This document shows positions 1 through 15,000 of a DNA stretch of 64,000 nt, piece after piece (position 1 is the stretch's first letter; every line of letters starts with the position of its first letter). The position numbers and the translations under genes were made by a program. Source of the stretch: Candidatus Omnitrophota bacterium (GTDB lineage Bacteria > Omnitrophota > Gorgyraeia > Gygaellales > Profunditerraquicolaceae). The stretch covers positions 7,737-71,736 of the forward strand of contig JAQUPI010000003.1 of the NCBI GenBank assembly GCA_028716705.1, written 5' to 3'. The notes beneath the pieces are model-generated. The model saw nothing but the letters and a program-made list of their open reading frames with translations, did not search any database and was not told where the DNA came from.

Positions 1-1
1 G

Positions 2-3000
2 GAAAAGGCCCTTGCCGCTGCAAAGCGCATCCAGGATAATTACGGCATCACCAGATGGCTGGCAAAGCGCATCGCCGTTCATCATCCCATTAATCCGGAA
101 GATTTTGCCCAGAACGCCCTGAAGGTAGCCGCGCAGCTTCAGGATAAATACGGCATAGAAAAAGGATGGGCCCTGCATGCGGCGGTGCGTAACCCCACCG
201 ATCCGGATGCCTTCGTCGCAGGCATAATTAAAAAGAGAAAAAATGCGTATGAACGCATATTGGTCGGCCTCGTCCCGCAAGCGCCATCAAAGGTCAGATA
301 TGAGCTAAAAGACGGCTCCATAAGAGAGATCTCCGACGCCAAACATGAATATCGAATATCGTTAAGCAAAGAAGAAACATCCAGAGTGAGCCAGGTGACC
401 GTTGAAATAGAGCAGGCTAAACTGGTCAGGAATGTGATCAGCAGGATTCGCCTGGGAGTATTTAAGGGTTCGCCCTTGACGCGCATAGCCGGCATTTTGA
501 AATTCCTGGAAGTCAAACCCGGTGAAAAGTTCCTGGATCTGGGTTCAGGGGACGGTAGGGTGGTTTTCCTGGCCAATGCCTTATGCGGCGCCAACTCCAC
601 GGGGGTGGAGATAGATGAACGGCTATTGAATAAGGCAGAGCTTGCCCGTGGGCGGTTGATAGAAAAAGGCATCGTAAACCCCGAAAGAATAAAATTTGTC
701 AAAGGCGATTTCCTGCAAGAAGACTGGTCCGCTTATAACCTGTTGTTCTATTACTCCTTCGGAACGTTTAAAACCGATAGTATCGTGGAAAAAGCCATCC
801 GTGAGATAAGGCCGGGAGCCAAGCTGGTTGTCCTGGCGCTGAAAAGGGTCTCCTGGATGAACCACTTCGACGATTTTACCCGGCTTATGGACGCTAACCG
901 GTTTACCTTCCATTCGGAGCCAGGGCTGGGCGTCTGGGTATTTACGCGCAAAGGACCCGCAAATGACTGGTGGCAGGACAGCGGACTTTACGGGCCTTGC
1001 TATCGCATCGCCGGCGCGGAAAAGATCGAGGTCCATTTCTGGCCCAGGCCGTACCAGCTTAAGAGGGATATCATTAAATTACATTCGGCTTATCCGCAGA
1101 TCCGCAGCGTAACCAGGGAGGATCTTGCGCCTTTGGCACAAGCTATGCGTTTGGTCAGGGACGTCTGGCCTGGGAAACACGATGAAATATTGGATTATAC
1201 CAGGAAGATCAATATACGGCCGGAGCCGAAGCTTCCTTTAGCCCTTGGATTCACCGTACCCGGAATTAACGGATTAATGCTGCTCAACTCTTACTTCACG
1301 GATGTGCCTTCATTGACGGAAACCATTATCCATGAAAATCAACATTCCTATTTCATCAGGGAATATTATTCTCAAAAACTGGAAAACAGTTCAGAACATC
1401 TTAACAGGGCATGGGGCAAACAGCTTACGGTCCAGGGCCTTTTAAGCGAAACAGTCGCTTACCTGGAAATGGTGAAGTTCAGGATGCTCTACTGGCGCGG
1501 CATGATCAAAAACGACCCGGATACAGCCTTTAGAAAAACGTATCAGAAACAGACCGGGGACCTGTTGAAAGAGATCGGTTCGGTATGCGACCTGATAGCT
1601 TATAAGCTATTCGCCTGCCCCTCCGTCCTTGGCAAAAATCAGGTCGATCTATTCCTGAGAGCCAGAGAAGAACTTTCAGCTATTGAAAAAGAAGCAGGCG
1701 CGCCATTCGAGGCAACCTCCGGCCTCTTCAACAACCTGACCAAACGGAAGATTGCGCGGTTTTTCAAGGATATCGATTCAGGCAGGATCGGGCTTAAGGC
1801 AGCGGAAGGCTTCAGCGGTTTTGATACAAAGATAGAAGGCAAACAGGTGAAATTCTACGAAATGGTCTTCGCCGGCAAAGCGCCTCCCTGCGCCTTTGCC
1901 AGACAAAAAGACAATCTCCTTGAAATATACTTCTCTTCTGCCGCATTAGAACTCCTTGAAAAAGAATTCAAGCCCGAAGAATTCCCTGGGCTCTCCCAGG
2001 TCATCGCTCTACACGAATACGCTGAAACAGTCAAAGGCCTCTCGCATCAGGAAGCCGTCCTTTGCCAGCGCGTTGCAGGCCTGGAAGCTACAGCCGATAA
2101 ATTAGAGGCGATACAATGCAGGTTCTATACAACAACCATAAGCAAATTTATAAGCCAGGCATTCCCGAAAGGAACGATCCTCGCGCCTTCTTTCGCTAAT
2201 CCCACGGACACCAGAACAGCCGAGGGCAACCGAAATGCCTGCCTGGATATCCATAAGACCGGGGAAGGGTTCATAGTAGATATTCCCGAAGCGGAGGAAG
2301 GATCCAAAGGCAAGATCATTTATCCCTATTACGCAGTGGTCCCCGTAATCATCGCCGCCAAGGATATACCCGCTTCGCTCAAAGAGGCGATCGGCGCCAC
2401 AAAGGCAAAAGAAAAAGAAGTTACAGAAAAGACCGGCGAATATCTTAAGGAAGCCGCGTCTAAAGCAATGCTGCCGGTGATGGCAAAGCAGGCGCGTTCG
2501 CATAAATTGACGGATAAGGGCATGCGCGCCCTTGATGCCGAGTCAGTGATCGCCATTATTAATCCGGTTACGGGCGATCTCCTGGCGCAGGTGACCTTCT
2601 GGGCAAAGGATAAGGAAGAAATTCTCGCCGCAGGAAGGATCGCCGCTAAAGAAAGCATGCTTACAGATCTGCCTGAAGAATGGTACAGGCAGGCGGATAT
2701 CGCCGATTCTGTTTCCGCGTTAGGATTTTTATCCCTGAATGCCATCAGGTTTTTCGAAGAATTGCGCCAAAGTAATAAAGAAGCCAAAGACCTTCTGATA
2801 AGGGTCATCAGCGCCATTCAACCCGGGGAACTACTCAAACTGGATGGCATCGAATATGACCGGACTATGGGCGTCTTCAGGTCGGCAAAAGACAAGCCCG
2901 AAGAACTGTATATGGGCAAGAACCTGGAGTCATTCCTGGCGCAATTGAACACCGTCCAGCAGCTGGCCAGCCTGGTTTACTTTCTGGCTGTTCCTTCATA

Positions 3001-6000
3001 CGATCCTGTAACCCGGCGCGCGAAAGGCCTTACGCGCTACGCTGACCTGGAAGAAGCCGTTATCAGGTTCTATTACCGTTTATACAGGAAACTGGATGAG
3101 TCGGCTATCCGTAACTTCAAGGATATCCGGGTCTTCGAGCCGCTGAGAAAAGAAATCGGCATATTCGCCGGACGCCTTAACCGTGCGGTGCGCCGGAAAA
3201 ACGCCCTGGAATTCAACGCGCAGGACGCCGGATCGATAGTCAGCGGATTGAAAGGGAAAGCGGCGCTCAGCGAGGAGGAGATCTCGGATCTAAGCGCAGG
3301 GCACAGGTTGTATGATATTTTGCAGCTGGCCGAGATGCTCAGCGAAGATAATTTCGTCAGGGCCTTCTATTCCTGTAAAGTGGAGGCGCCGAAGAGAGTT
3401 TTACCCGAAGAAAAGCCATACGAGGCATATGACGGCACCGGCAGGATCGCGCGGCTGGCCATGGCCCTGAGATTGGTGAGCGACCTGAATAATCCGGCGC
3501 TTTCGCCTGATTACAAGAGCCGGTTCCTGGTCCGGAGCCGAAGTATCGCAGGCGCGACGATGGAAGAGAAATTCGCTAATTGCAGGGAGTCCCTTGAAGA
3601 AATGCTTGCCGACAGCGTTATCGCCTCTTCGAAATTGACCGTGAAGACAGCGCAAAAAGATGTCGAGCTTTCGGAGTTAATCGCGGATAGAAGGGTAACC
3701 TTTGTTGCCGGCGCCAGGGCGCTGAAGGCAAAGCTTGATTCTTTAACTGATATGGAAATAGAAAGCGTTTACCCGGTAAAGGTTCTTTTGGACGGCAGGG
3801 AGATCGCCCTGGCTTATTTCCTCGATTGCGACAAGGGTTTCAGGGCACGGGCTAAAGAAGAGCGCGTGAATGTGTACAATATACCCAGGCCGAATATCGT
3901 GATCGACAACGGCGTCGCTTACCATTTCAGCTTAATGATCGATGCTACGCCCGGAGGCGTTGAGGTAGTGGGGTGGAAGGAAGAAGAGGTTAAGGCCCTT
4001 TCCAAAGAAGAGTTAGACAAGAAGAAGATAAAGGAGCTGAGCGGCCCCACTGTTTTTGAAATGGTGGGAACAGAGAAGATCGACGATCCGGAGTATAAGC
4101 TGGAGCCGGTTTCCGAGCTCCGGGTGCTCAGGCAGCTGAGCAGGCAGATCGAAGAGAAGCGCCTTGAACCAGGAGAACGCCTTACCTATATCAAGGCCCA
4201 GATCGGCAAGCTCACCCTTCCTCTGGGAGGCGGGGTACATTTCTTCGGCAGGTTCCTGCACAAGCTTCCGCTCATAAAAGAGAATGGTTTTAACTATATG
4301 ACGCCTACCTCCTGCAGCACCAACGGCGCTTCTTATTTCAGCCTGGCTTTATCCACGATCACCGGCCTTGGCCTTAAGAACCTGTCGCTTCTGGGCCTGA
4401 CTTATCATATGTACACCTCAGGCAGCGACGCCAAGCAGGTCTATGGGCACCTTTCCCCGAAATCCACCGGAGCGGCCAAGGGCGTCACACAACATCTTAA
4501 ATTAGCAGCAGCGCTGTTTACCGCAGTGCGTACTCCTACCGCCTTTAAAGACGGCCAAACGGATGTAGTAGGAGGCTCTATATTCGATTTTATATTGCAG
4601 CTGCCGTATCCGGTAAAGAAACAGACCCTTATCGCATATTTAGAGAGAGTAGGGATGGAATTCCCTGAGATGCTCAAGGTCTTTGAGGGCCGCCCGGATT
4701 ATAAATGGCAAAATACGATCACCGGCCAAAGGACCGGCTCCATCTTTTATGAAGGGCTCTTTTCCCAGGTCAATGCGAATACGTTCCGGGCCTTCGTCGG
4801 TTATGACAATGAGATGAGCTATTCCTTTAAGATGGACGAAATGAAGGAGGCCTATTACGAACTTCTAAAGAGGCAGCGCGACAGGATGGAAAGATACTAT
4901 GCCCTGCCTTTAAACGGCGAAAAGATCGATAACTATATCCGCAAGGAACCCTGCGAGGAAGAAGGCACCGGGGGCAGTTCAGTGGTTTACAGGTGCAGCA
5001 TCGACTCGATCAAAGGAAACAAACTCTTCAACACTATCCGCATGGCGAAAAAAGTCCGTACAGAAGGGGAAAATACCTTTTACCGCAATGTCATCTTAAG
5101 CCTGCTGGATGAGTATTTCCTGAAGAAAGGCAATTATTCAGTTTCACATATACCGGCGCCCCTCGGATGGATCAAGAACGCCTGTTTCTACATCTTCGTG
5201 CAGGGAGAAGAAGGTTTCCCCTGGGATTTGGGGCCCTTCGGCCACGTGCAGATCGAGGAATGGAACAGCTGCATCGGCTCATTTGGCGCAGCGGGGGTTT
5301 CCCTTTCCAGCGATGTCACTACGCCTGACGACGGAAGGGTATCAAAGAACATCATCGTGGAACCTTATAAAATTTCCGAATTGTACGAAACCATGAAGCT
5401 TTCCAAGATCTGGAAGAGGATAGATGTAGACTCCGGAAGCGTGGGTATAAGGGAGGAAGAACTGGAAAGGTATATCAGGGAGAATCGTGATAGTCTGCAA
5501 AATATCCTGGGATGGAAATTTTCTTTATTGGAAACGGTTTTTGAGATATACTTCAAGGGCAAAAACGCGCAGAAAGAAGGGAATTTCACGCAGCTTTTCG
5601 GGAAGTACCAGAAAGAAATATTAAGGGAATACCTGTATCCTTACAGCAAGCAGGGGATAACCGACAAAATGACCGAATCGAGGAATAAAAAGATACGCCC
5701 TGTAATATTGATCATATTGGACGGTTTCGGTTACAACAGGGAGAGCCGGGATAACGCGGTCGTCCTGGCCAAAAAGCCGGTAATCGACAAGTTGATGAAC
5801 GAATGTCCTTCCACCCTTATCAATACTTCAGGTTTGGCCGTTGGGCTGCCGGAAGGCGAAATGGGTAATTCCGAGGTCGGGCATTTGAATATCGGGGCCG
5901 GAAGGGTGATCAGGCAGGATGTTGTGCGCATAAATGACAGCATAAAAGAGGGGGCTTTTTTCTCGAACGCTGCCTTAAAAGAAGCCGTGGTTCATCTCAA

Positions 6001-9000
6001 GAATAATCCCGGAAGCAAGTTGCATCTTATGGGATTAATTTCTAACGCCGTAGTGCACTCGAGCATAGGGCACCTCCACGCCTTGCTGCAATTTGCTAAA
6101 CAGGAAGGCTTAAAGGACGTATATGTGCACGCAATAACCGATGGCAGGGATTCGCCTCCGCAGAGCGGGAAGGTTTGGATCCAGGCGCTTTTGGAAGAAA
6201 TACGCAAGATAGGCGCAGGCAGGATAGCTACCGTGTGCGGCAGGTATTATGCCATGGACAGGGATAACCGCTGGGAAAGGGTGAATCTGGCGTATGATCT
6301 TTATACGCAGGGAACAGGCATAGAAGCTCAGGACGCCATAGCGGCTTTGGAGGGATCTTACCTTAATGAGCCCAGAGGCGATGAATTTGTAAAGCCGGTC
6401 GTCATGGTCAACCCGGAGCAAAAGCCCTTAGCCTTGATCAAAGACGGTGACGTGGTGATCTTCTTTAATTTCCGGGCTGACAGGGCCAGGGAGATAGCCC
6501 GCGCCTTCATGGATAAGGAATTCAAGGGTTTCGAAAGAAAAACCCATCCGAAGATAAAATGGCTTTGTATGACCGAACACGATAAATCATTCTACGATTT
6601 CGCCGGATTGTCGGTAATATTCTCTCCGGAGCCAAGGTCAAATACCCTGGGGGAGGTCATTTCCAAAAACGGATTAAGGCAGCTCCACATTGCGGAAACG
6701 GAAAAATACGCGCACGTGACCTTCTTCTTAAACGGCGGAATAGAAAGGCCTTTCGAGAATGAAGAACGGATATTGATACCTTCCCCGAAGGTCGCTACAT
6801 ACGACTTGAAGCCGGAGATGTCCGCCAGAGAAGTTACAGAAGCGTTAACGAAGAGGATAAGGGAAGGGACGGATGATTTCATTGTGGTCAATTACGCCAA
6901 CCCGGACATGGTCGGGCATACCGGCATCCTGGAGGCGGCGATCAAGGCGGTAGAAGCGGCAGATGCCTGCTTGGGAGAGACTTTAGAAGCAGTCAACCTC
7001 CAAAAGGGAGTAGCGCTGGTGATTGCCGACCACGGCAATGCCGAAGAAATGTCCGGACAGTATAAGACTTCGCATACGTTGAACCCGGTACTCTGCATTT
7101 TGGTTGATCCGCATAAGCATCTGGGGAAAGTTTCCCTGCGCGAAGGAGGAGCTTTATGCGATATCGCCCCGACATTGCTCGAGATCCTGCACATAGAACA
7201 GCCGCGGGAGATGACCGGAAAGTCGCTTTTCGATAAAAAGGGCCACGCCTTTTGCCCCAAAGACGGCTTTATCGCTTCCGCTATAAGCTTGGGGGCCGGC
7301 TTAACCATAGCGCTTGGGCTGACCTTCCTTTTGGGCAGCGTGTCGGCCATAATAATCGCGGGTTTATTTGCCGGTTACGGCATCTGGACTTCAGTAAAGT
7401 TTGCGCTTCTGGGCAGGGCGACTTTCAATATAGCCGCCAATATGAATCCGCATTTACCTGCCCGCACCGTCCTTTCTTACCCTGTTGCCAGATCCGACGG
7501 CACAATAACCTCTGAATTTGAAGCCCTCCGGAAAGAAAACCCCAAAGCCGCAAAAGAAATCCTTACGCACGAAAGCTCCAAGTCGCATTTCTTGGGGATG
7601 CTGAAGCTGCTGCCCGGCAAATTCATACTTTTATCTATCGGGATCGCGGCTTTAATCCTAATTTTAGGCCAGAAAATAGAGTGGGGATCCGGGACGGTTG
7701 GCTTGGCTATGGTATTCGGAGGGATGTTCGGCGGCGGTTTCCCGAAAGCAAAAATCCGCCTGTTCTTCAAGATAGCCATAGGAAAAGCTGAGGGCGATAA
7801 AGAATTTGCCGCGCAGATCCTGGAAGAAATAGCGAATAAAGGCATGGCCGTGGGTTTCGCCGCGTCAAAAGATGAGCGTATTTTAGCTTTTGAATTATGG
7901 AAACGGTTCCTGGAGATCCAAACCCTTAAGGATTACGCGAAGGACATATCAGAAGAAGAAGCCGAAACAAGGATTCTGGAGATCATCCGCAAGAGATACG
8001 CCGAAGAATCGCAGGTCATACTGGATAATGAGGCGCTGGCAAAGCTATTGGTCGGCTTAATGAGCCAAAACGAGGAGTTAAGCTTAGAGATAGACAGGAT
8101 ATTAACGAACGAATTGAATCTTGGTTTGGAGCTGCGGGAGATGATCAGGGCGGCGACCTCCGCTTCTGATCCTGAGTTGAGGGGATCCGCCCAAAAAGTA
8201 TGGAACGAATTCATAAGAGACGTCGTAAATTTCATAGACAGGGAGTTTAAGAAAGGCGCTGACTGGGGATACCCCATATTAGCGTATTTCGGCACTCCCG
8301 ACAACGCGGGCTTGAAAGCATTATTAAAGAAGATGTTGGAGGCGGACGATGATTTCTTTTACGACATTTACTTGTTTCTATCGTCAATAAGGCATTTGAA
8401 GGTATTGCACGGGGAATTATTGAAGGCCGGAGATTCCCAGGATGCGGAGTTATTGGAATATACGCAAGGCGTTTTCGAGCGTTTTAGCGTAATGAACGCC
8501 TCGGTAGTGGAATTATCTTTGTTCAAAGACGAATACGATGCCGCGGTCCATTCCTACATTAACTTCACGAATTTTTATTCCTTGGAAAAATTAAGGGCAG
8601 GGCTGGAGAGGGGCGCTTCCAGCGCATTAAATATATACAATGAAATTCAACCGTTATTGAGGGACGCGGATGAAAATGTAAGCGCAGAAGCCAAAGAACT
8701 GTTCGTTAAGCTGTTCCCCAAGAATGGGCGCACGCATAACCTGCGCCCCGTATTGCAGCTTGCGGCAGGAATAGCGACTTTGTTTGCGCCTGGAGCGGGA
8801 GCCGGGTTCTTAAGGGTTGCCCGGGAAACTTACAACGCTAATTTGAAGTACATCCGTGAAATAAACGGCAATAAAGGCCCTCCTGCCCTTAAGCAAAAGA
8901 TTTCAGCGTGGTTGCGGCCTGTTGCCTGCGGTATTTCCGCGGCTTACATAAAATGGTTTATTTCCGATGAAGCCAAAGACAGGCTATCTTCCGGGACGAT

Positions 9001-12000
9001 AACTTCCATTACCACGCATGAATCCCAGCCTACGGAAATAAAGGGCCTGCTCGCGCAATACAGGCAATTCACTCAACGCAGCTTTACCGTCCGCCTCAAG
9101 AAATTATTTAAAATATTCTTAGTTTGCGGTTTCGCTCCTTTAGGAATGATCATGGCAGCGCCCGGTCCGCGCAGAGAAGAAGGCGATGCGGAGAAAAGAT
9201 TCCTGGAAGGGGCCAGGCAGGCGCGGATTGCCTTGCAAAGAAAAGATTATCAGTTCGCGCTGGAGATCATCCGAAGCCTGGGCAGCTGGAAAAGGTATTT
9301 CTCAGGGGCATCATTTGACGAATTGTTCAAGCTTAACGGCCTTATCCCGGATTACAATAAGGAACTGAAGAATGCCCTTTCACAGGCATTGAGGCAGTTA
9401 CTGCGCGTCAAAGATCAGGCAGAGATAGGCAATCCGGTGCCCTTGGCTTCCATCATCTTCGCAAATTGCTTTTTAAGCAATGTCTTTCGGACCTGTCCAT
9501 GCCGTCTTTCCAGGCAGGATGTAGTGAATCTGCTTATGGATGCGGGTTTGAAAGTGCCGTTCCTCAAGGAAGAACCCACAAGCCAGACGGCCGTGCCTTT
9601 TTACCTCAAGTTCTTGCTGAACGCGCTTAAGAAGGATTACCTGCGTTCCGACGCGAATACATTTATCGCTTATTATGATACGGCGGGCGCGCTGCTGGCG
9701 TTTGATATATTGCCAAAGTCAAATTTAAGGCACATTTTGGTTTATATGGTTTATGGCGCGAATTGGCAATGGCATTCAAAGATACTGGATTCCGCAGGAC
9801 CGATACGTTTGAAGACGGCAGAAGGCGGATTACTTACTTACAAGATCGTTCAACTTGAGACCATCATCGGTGCGATAAAAGAAACGGATCTTGTCGCCGG
9901 CCTTCCGGATCAAATGGACGCTATTAGAAAAAGGATTGCTTTAATTGAGGGATACGCGGCTCCCTTGAGCGCATCGGGCAGGTCAACGCTGGATGAGATA
10001 AAAAGAAAAGCAGCGGGTAAAATGTCCGCCGAAGAGCAGGAAAAAGTCCTCGCGACCTTGAATAATCCGCCTTTCGCGTGGTTTGAGACATACTTTGAAA
10101 GGATAGAAAAAGAAAAGGCGCTGAAAATGGTTTTAAAAAGCAAGTCGCCTCTTGAGATGATCGTGACCAAGGGCTGTTCCGTGCAATGCGACTATTGCAT
10201 ACGCGCGTCGGAAGCGCTTAAAGGCCCTTATTACATGCCCTGGCCCTGGATAAAGGAATTGATCGGTTTTAACGGCGAGCTTAAGAGCCTGATAGAAAAG
10301 AAAACCCAAGACGCTTTTTCTTATAGAGACGAAGAGGCCAAGATCATCCGCACCTGGTTTGATAATGACCCGCTGCGCGACTACTATGACCCGCTTTATG
10401 ACAAAGATTACGCGGATATAATCCTTGAGATAATCAAGAACGGCTCAATTTCACAGGATGGGTTTTATATACCTACTTCCGGATGGGAGATCGGTTCGAT
10501 AGGGGAACGGGCGATGCGTAAGCTCATAGATATCAGGAGTGAAAATCCCCATATCTTATTTTTGATAAAATTCAATATAAGCACTGAGAAAGAATGGTCC
10601 AGAAAGTTAGGGCGGGATGAATACATCAGGCATATGAAAGCGGCATATGCCTTGGCCAGGCGTATACGTTGTTCCATTGAAACAGGCGAATTAGATAAAT
10701 TCACTTATTGGTCAACGGGGGCATTTGATGCCCAGCTGATAAAGGAAATAGTCGGTGAAGGAGTGGACGACCATCTTCTCGAGATTTTATCCAAAACGCA
10801 TAAGCCGAAAAAAGCCGGCAAAGCCGCCAAATACTCTAAAGAAGAGTCCTGCGAATATACGGACAAGGAAGATTGGATCCTTTTCAGGCCGGACAGAGAT
10901 ATTGAGAAATTCAAGCAATACGCGGAAGCGGGAAAAGGGTTAATAACCCGGGAGTCCTTATTGCCTGTGTTAAGTAAACAAGGCAAAAGGAGGATAAAAA
11001 TTATCGGCCACCTGCCCAAACCTATCCAGCGGCCTTTACTTAAGGCGTTAAGGCCGATGCGGTTTAATGTAAATTCGCCTGTAGAATTATTGACCTTGAT
11101 GACAAAAGAGGAATTATTAAGGGTGGGTAAGGGCTTGCGCCTGGGAGAAGGGGCTATACGCGAGTTGGAGGAGATCCTGTCAAAAGAGGGTCTGTCTCTT
11201 GGCGTAAGCTTGCCCGAAGGGCCCTCTTATGAAATTAGAATAACGGGCAGCGCAAGCGTACCCGGGATCAATGAGTTCTCTGCTTTAATCCAGGGGGAGA
11301 TCGATCATTTCAAGAAGCTTTTAATTTTAAGGGACAAAGAGGTTCTCACCCTGATCAAGGGCTTTCTTCAAGCGGTTATCCAGGATATAAAAGACACAAA
11401 CACGCTTTCCGATGAAGAGGCGATGGAAACGGCAAATTACGCTTTAAAGAATGATACTAATACCCTCCGGTCAGCGCAAGGCAGGGAAACCTGGAGATTT
11501 GTTAAGGGCAAGGGGGTCATGGTTGAGGGTAAGGATGAGATCATTAGTAAGGAAATATTCTTCAGCACCGCCCTGGGTAACCTGGTAAGCGGGATCACGG
11601 GGAACTTGGGGGTAGTAAGCGCTGATCCTTTTGCCCAACCCAAGCTTTTGGCCGACGAATTAATGCAGTTGATAGATAGCATTATGACTTATCTTGCATA
11701 CGTCCGGGCTCTAGAAATATGTTATCCGGTGCGCGGTCTCGGGCCTGGAACATACGAATTTTCGGGGGAAATAATATCAGATGGAGGCATTACCTCGCGG
11801 ACGCTGGAATCAGCGGGATTTGACGCGCATAAACGTTCCAGGGTTCTTGAGGCGCTGACAAAGATCCGCAAGTTTAATGTTCATAATCGCGATTTCTCCT
11901 TTGAAAGATTGCAGGAGAAAATAAAAGGCTTACTGTTATATGAAGGAAAATCAAAGGAATTGGCCCGCAGGGCCGTTTATAACGCGCTTATAAATATGGG

Positions 12001-15000
12001 AAAAGCCGCCTCCAAGGGCGATGCTGGGATAAGTCAGATCCTGGGATTGGCGGGCGAATTGTCCGGAGTATATGAGGTGGTTATAAACAGGGGTAATACG
12101 CTGGAAAAAATAAGCCTGGGAGACTTAGAGGCGATAAACCATATTGTTTATGATGATAATGCCGCGAAGAAAGAATTTGACGCGGTCAGCACGAATACTG
12201 TTTTTGAGTTTAAATTCCACCTTACACTGCGTAAGCTTTACCAGCAGGTGATCGGCATAGATTCGGCGCATCTGCCGCACCTGAAGGTGCTGGAAATGTA
12301 TCCCGAGAGATTTTCTAATATACGGAACATTGTTTATTTCGGAGAAGCGGAGAGCGGATACGTAGTAAAGGCGATAACGGCATTTCTTAACAGCCTCTCG
12401 CGTGAGCGCAGGGCTGATATTGTGAAGAGGATAACGATAACCAGGAATAAGGGAGTTTCCATAAAATTAACATTGGCGGAAACGGCGGAATTTCTCTGCG
12501 CCGGATCAACCATGGACTTTGTTATAGAGGAAGGGCGCAGGCACGGGAACGCATTCCCGGTAAGGGATTTTGCGCGTATACGCAATTGCGTAAGAGAGGC
12601 GATAGGAACTAAGATCAGGCAGCTTAGGGAGGGAGAGAAGTTCGATGTAATTATCGGCGTAAGCAGGACTTCCCCTCAAAATATAGAAGGTATCAGCGGC
12701 GTAAAGAGTTCAAGCGCCGCGGAGGCGGGAGAAGCCTCCTTACTCCTGACCAAGCCGGATAATACGGTATTTTTATCCGCTATGCAAAAGGATAGATTCA
12801 CCAGAGACGGGCTTTATACTTTTAAAGATATTATAGCCAGTATTATGGCAGAACCGTTTTCAAGAGCTGCCGCGATGGCGGAAGAAGAAACATTGAATGA
12901 GGCAAACAGTATAAAGCGCAGCATCCCCGGATACGAAGGTTTTGAAATCAGGGATATTATTAAACGAATGGCAAAGACGCCTGAGACATGGGAAGATGTT
13001 TTAATCCAGGATTTAATAGCGTTGAAAAATCTAAGGGAGTTTTACGAAAGGAAAAAATACCTGGAGGAAGCTTCGAGACAGGAGCTGATTAATGAAACTT
13101 ACAACCACGAAGTCCTGATGCGCGCCTGGAATATCGTGAGCAGCCGCGCCGCACAGGAGAGTAAATTACGCACTGCCTTAGAGCACGAAGAAGCCGGTAT
13201 AGCCGCTTCGAAAACAGGGGATTACGCTTATGAAATAGCCGCTTACAGGTTAGCTTTAAATCATCTTCCCCAAGGCGGGAATTTCGCAGCTTACAGGCAG
13301 CGGATTGAAAGCCGGCTTAAGAATGCTATAGAATCGGCAAGGTTGAGAAACCAGGGCAAAGGCAAGATGAATGGGAACACGCGAGGCCAGGGCGGGATCG
13401 GCAACTTAGATGATAATCAAGCAGAAGAGATAAAGGGTTTGATAAGCCAGAATAAACGCAGGCTCCTTCCGGCCGCCAGGAAACTTATAGACTTATTTGA
13501 CGGCGTTCCGGTTAATGTCTATTTTCTCACCAGCCAGATCACCCGCGCCCCGCCGAAGGGCTTCATCTGGGAACAGATCAAAGACGGCGAATTACATATT
13601 TATTTCTCCTCCTTAACCTGCTACAAGCAATACGCTCAGATACCTTCCGCCTTAAATTTCTTCTCCTGTCACGGTACTATCGAAATCAGCACGATGATGC
13701 AAGGGGTTTCCCCCGGGCAGGCGCATACCATCGCCTGGGAAAAGGCTGCCCAAAGATATCCCCAGGCCGCCAGGGAAATAAAGGCGTTGCTTAAGAAGAG
13801 AGTCTGGCGCGAAGACGGCAGGATAAGGGTTTCACAACACAGCTACATCGCCAGGAAGACAAGAGATGTCACCAGGTATGTTTTAAGCGAGGGCGCGGCA
13901 ACCCACAGGACAATGTGGGAGGCATTCCGGGCCGAAGACCACCGTATTGATTCGGAGTTGGAGGACAGGATCAAATGTATCCGCAATATGGGATTGATCT
14001 CGCAAGCGGTCAGATCACTTGAAGGCCAGAAATCGCCATTAAAAGAAGAAGAACGCGGCAAGGTCATAGAGATCGTCCGGGAAATGAGCGCCTCAATGGT
14101 AAAACCCGCGGGCAGGCCGAAGATCTCGGAAAAGATAATCTCGCAGATCCTCTCAATAACCGCTCAGGAATTGATCGACACAGTCCAGGAGCCGCGCCAT
14201 GAAGCCATTGAACTGCTTAAGAACATCCATGAAAACCTGAAGCTGCGCAAAGAAGGCGCCGAAAGGATAATTGCCGGCAGGCGGATTGCGCTTAAGGAAT
14301 TGAGAGAAATGTCCAGGTCTACTAATATGGATATCTCGCGCCGGGCGGAAGCGGCGGCTAAACTGGCGCAAAGCGGCGAATTGAATAAGGCCAAAGGCCA
14401 GATACTGGGCATAACCAGGCTAGGCATTATCAAGGGAGAGCCGGAGTATTCCCCGGTCAAACGTCTGCTCTTTGCGGCCTCAGGCGCCAAGGATGAGAAG
14501 AGGGTTTCTGCGGTCCTGGATATGGTCAAGCAAAAGTTAAGAGAGATCGAGTTTCTTTATGAATTCATGATCAAATACCGCGATGACCTTTTATCCAAAG
14601 AACTTAAGGAAGACGCGCCTGTCGATAAGCAACAGCTCTTGAAGGAGACCTTTGTATTTTTCTGGAAGACTGCCAATTCCGAATTCGCCGATCTGTTGAA
14701 CAGATCGCTGAAACAACGCGCCATCTGGTGGGCTAAGGTATACAGGGCAATTTGTATTTCCCTGAATATCAATGACCCTGAAAACAGGTCGCAGCGGATC
14801 CCCAATCCGGTATTTCTGGGCATAGCGCGCTATATCCGTTTACTGGAATACAATTTTATCGAAGATCTGTTGGGGAAGAGGGACATCGGCGCCAAGGTGA
14901 GGGATATTCTGAAGGAGGCGCAGAGCGAAAAGAGAAAAAGCGGCAATGTAATACGTAAAGAAAATGAGCTTAAAACCTATATTGTCCAGGATGACCTGGA

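Noticed and set aside
7252-7515. 87-aa + strand ORF in an alternative frame
   Set aside because: It overlaps the TM-helix region of the giant ORF in a different frame, has a Cys/Arg-rich composition typical of off-frame translation, and has no RBS.
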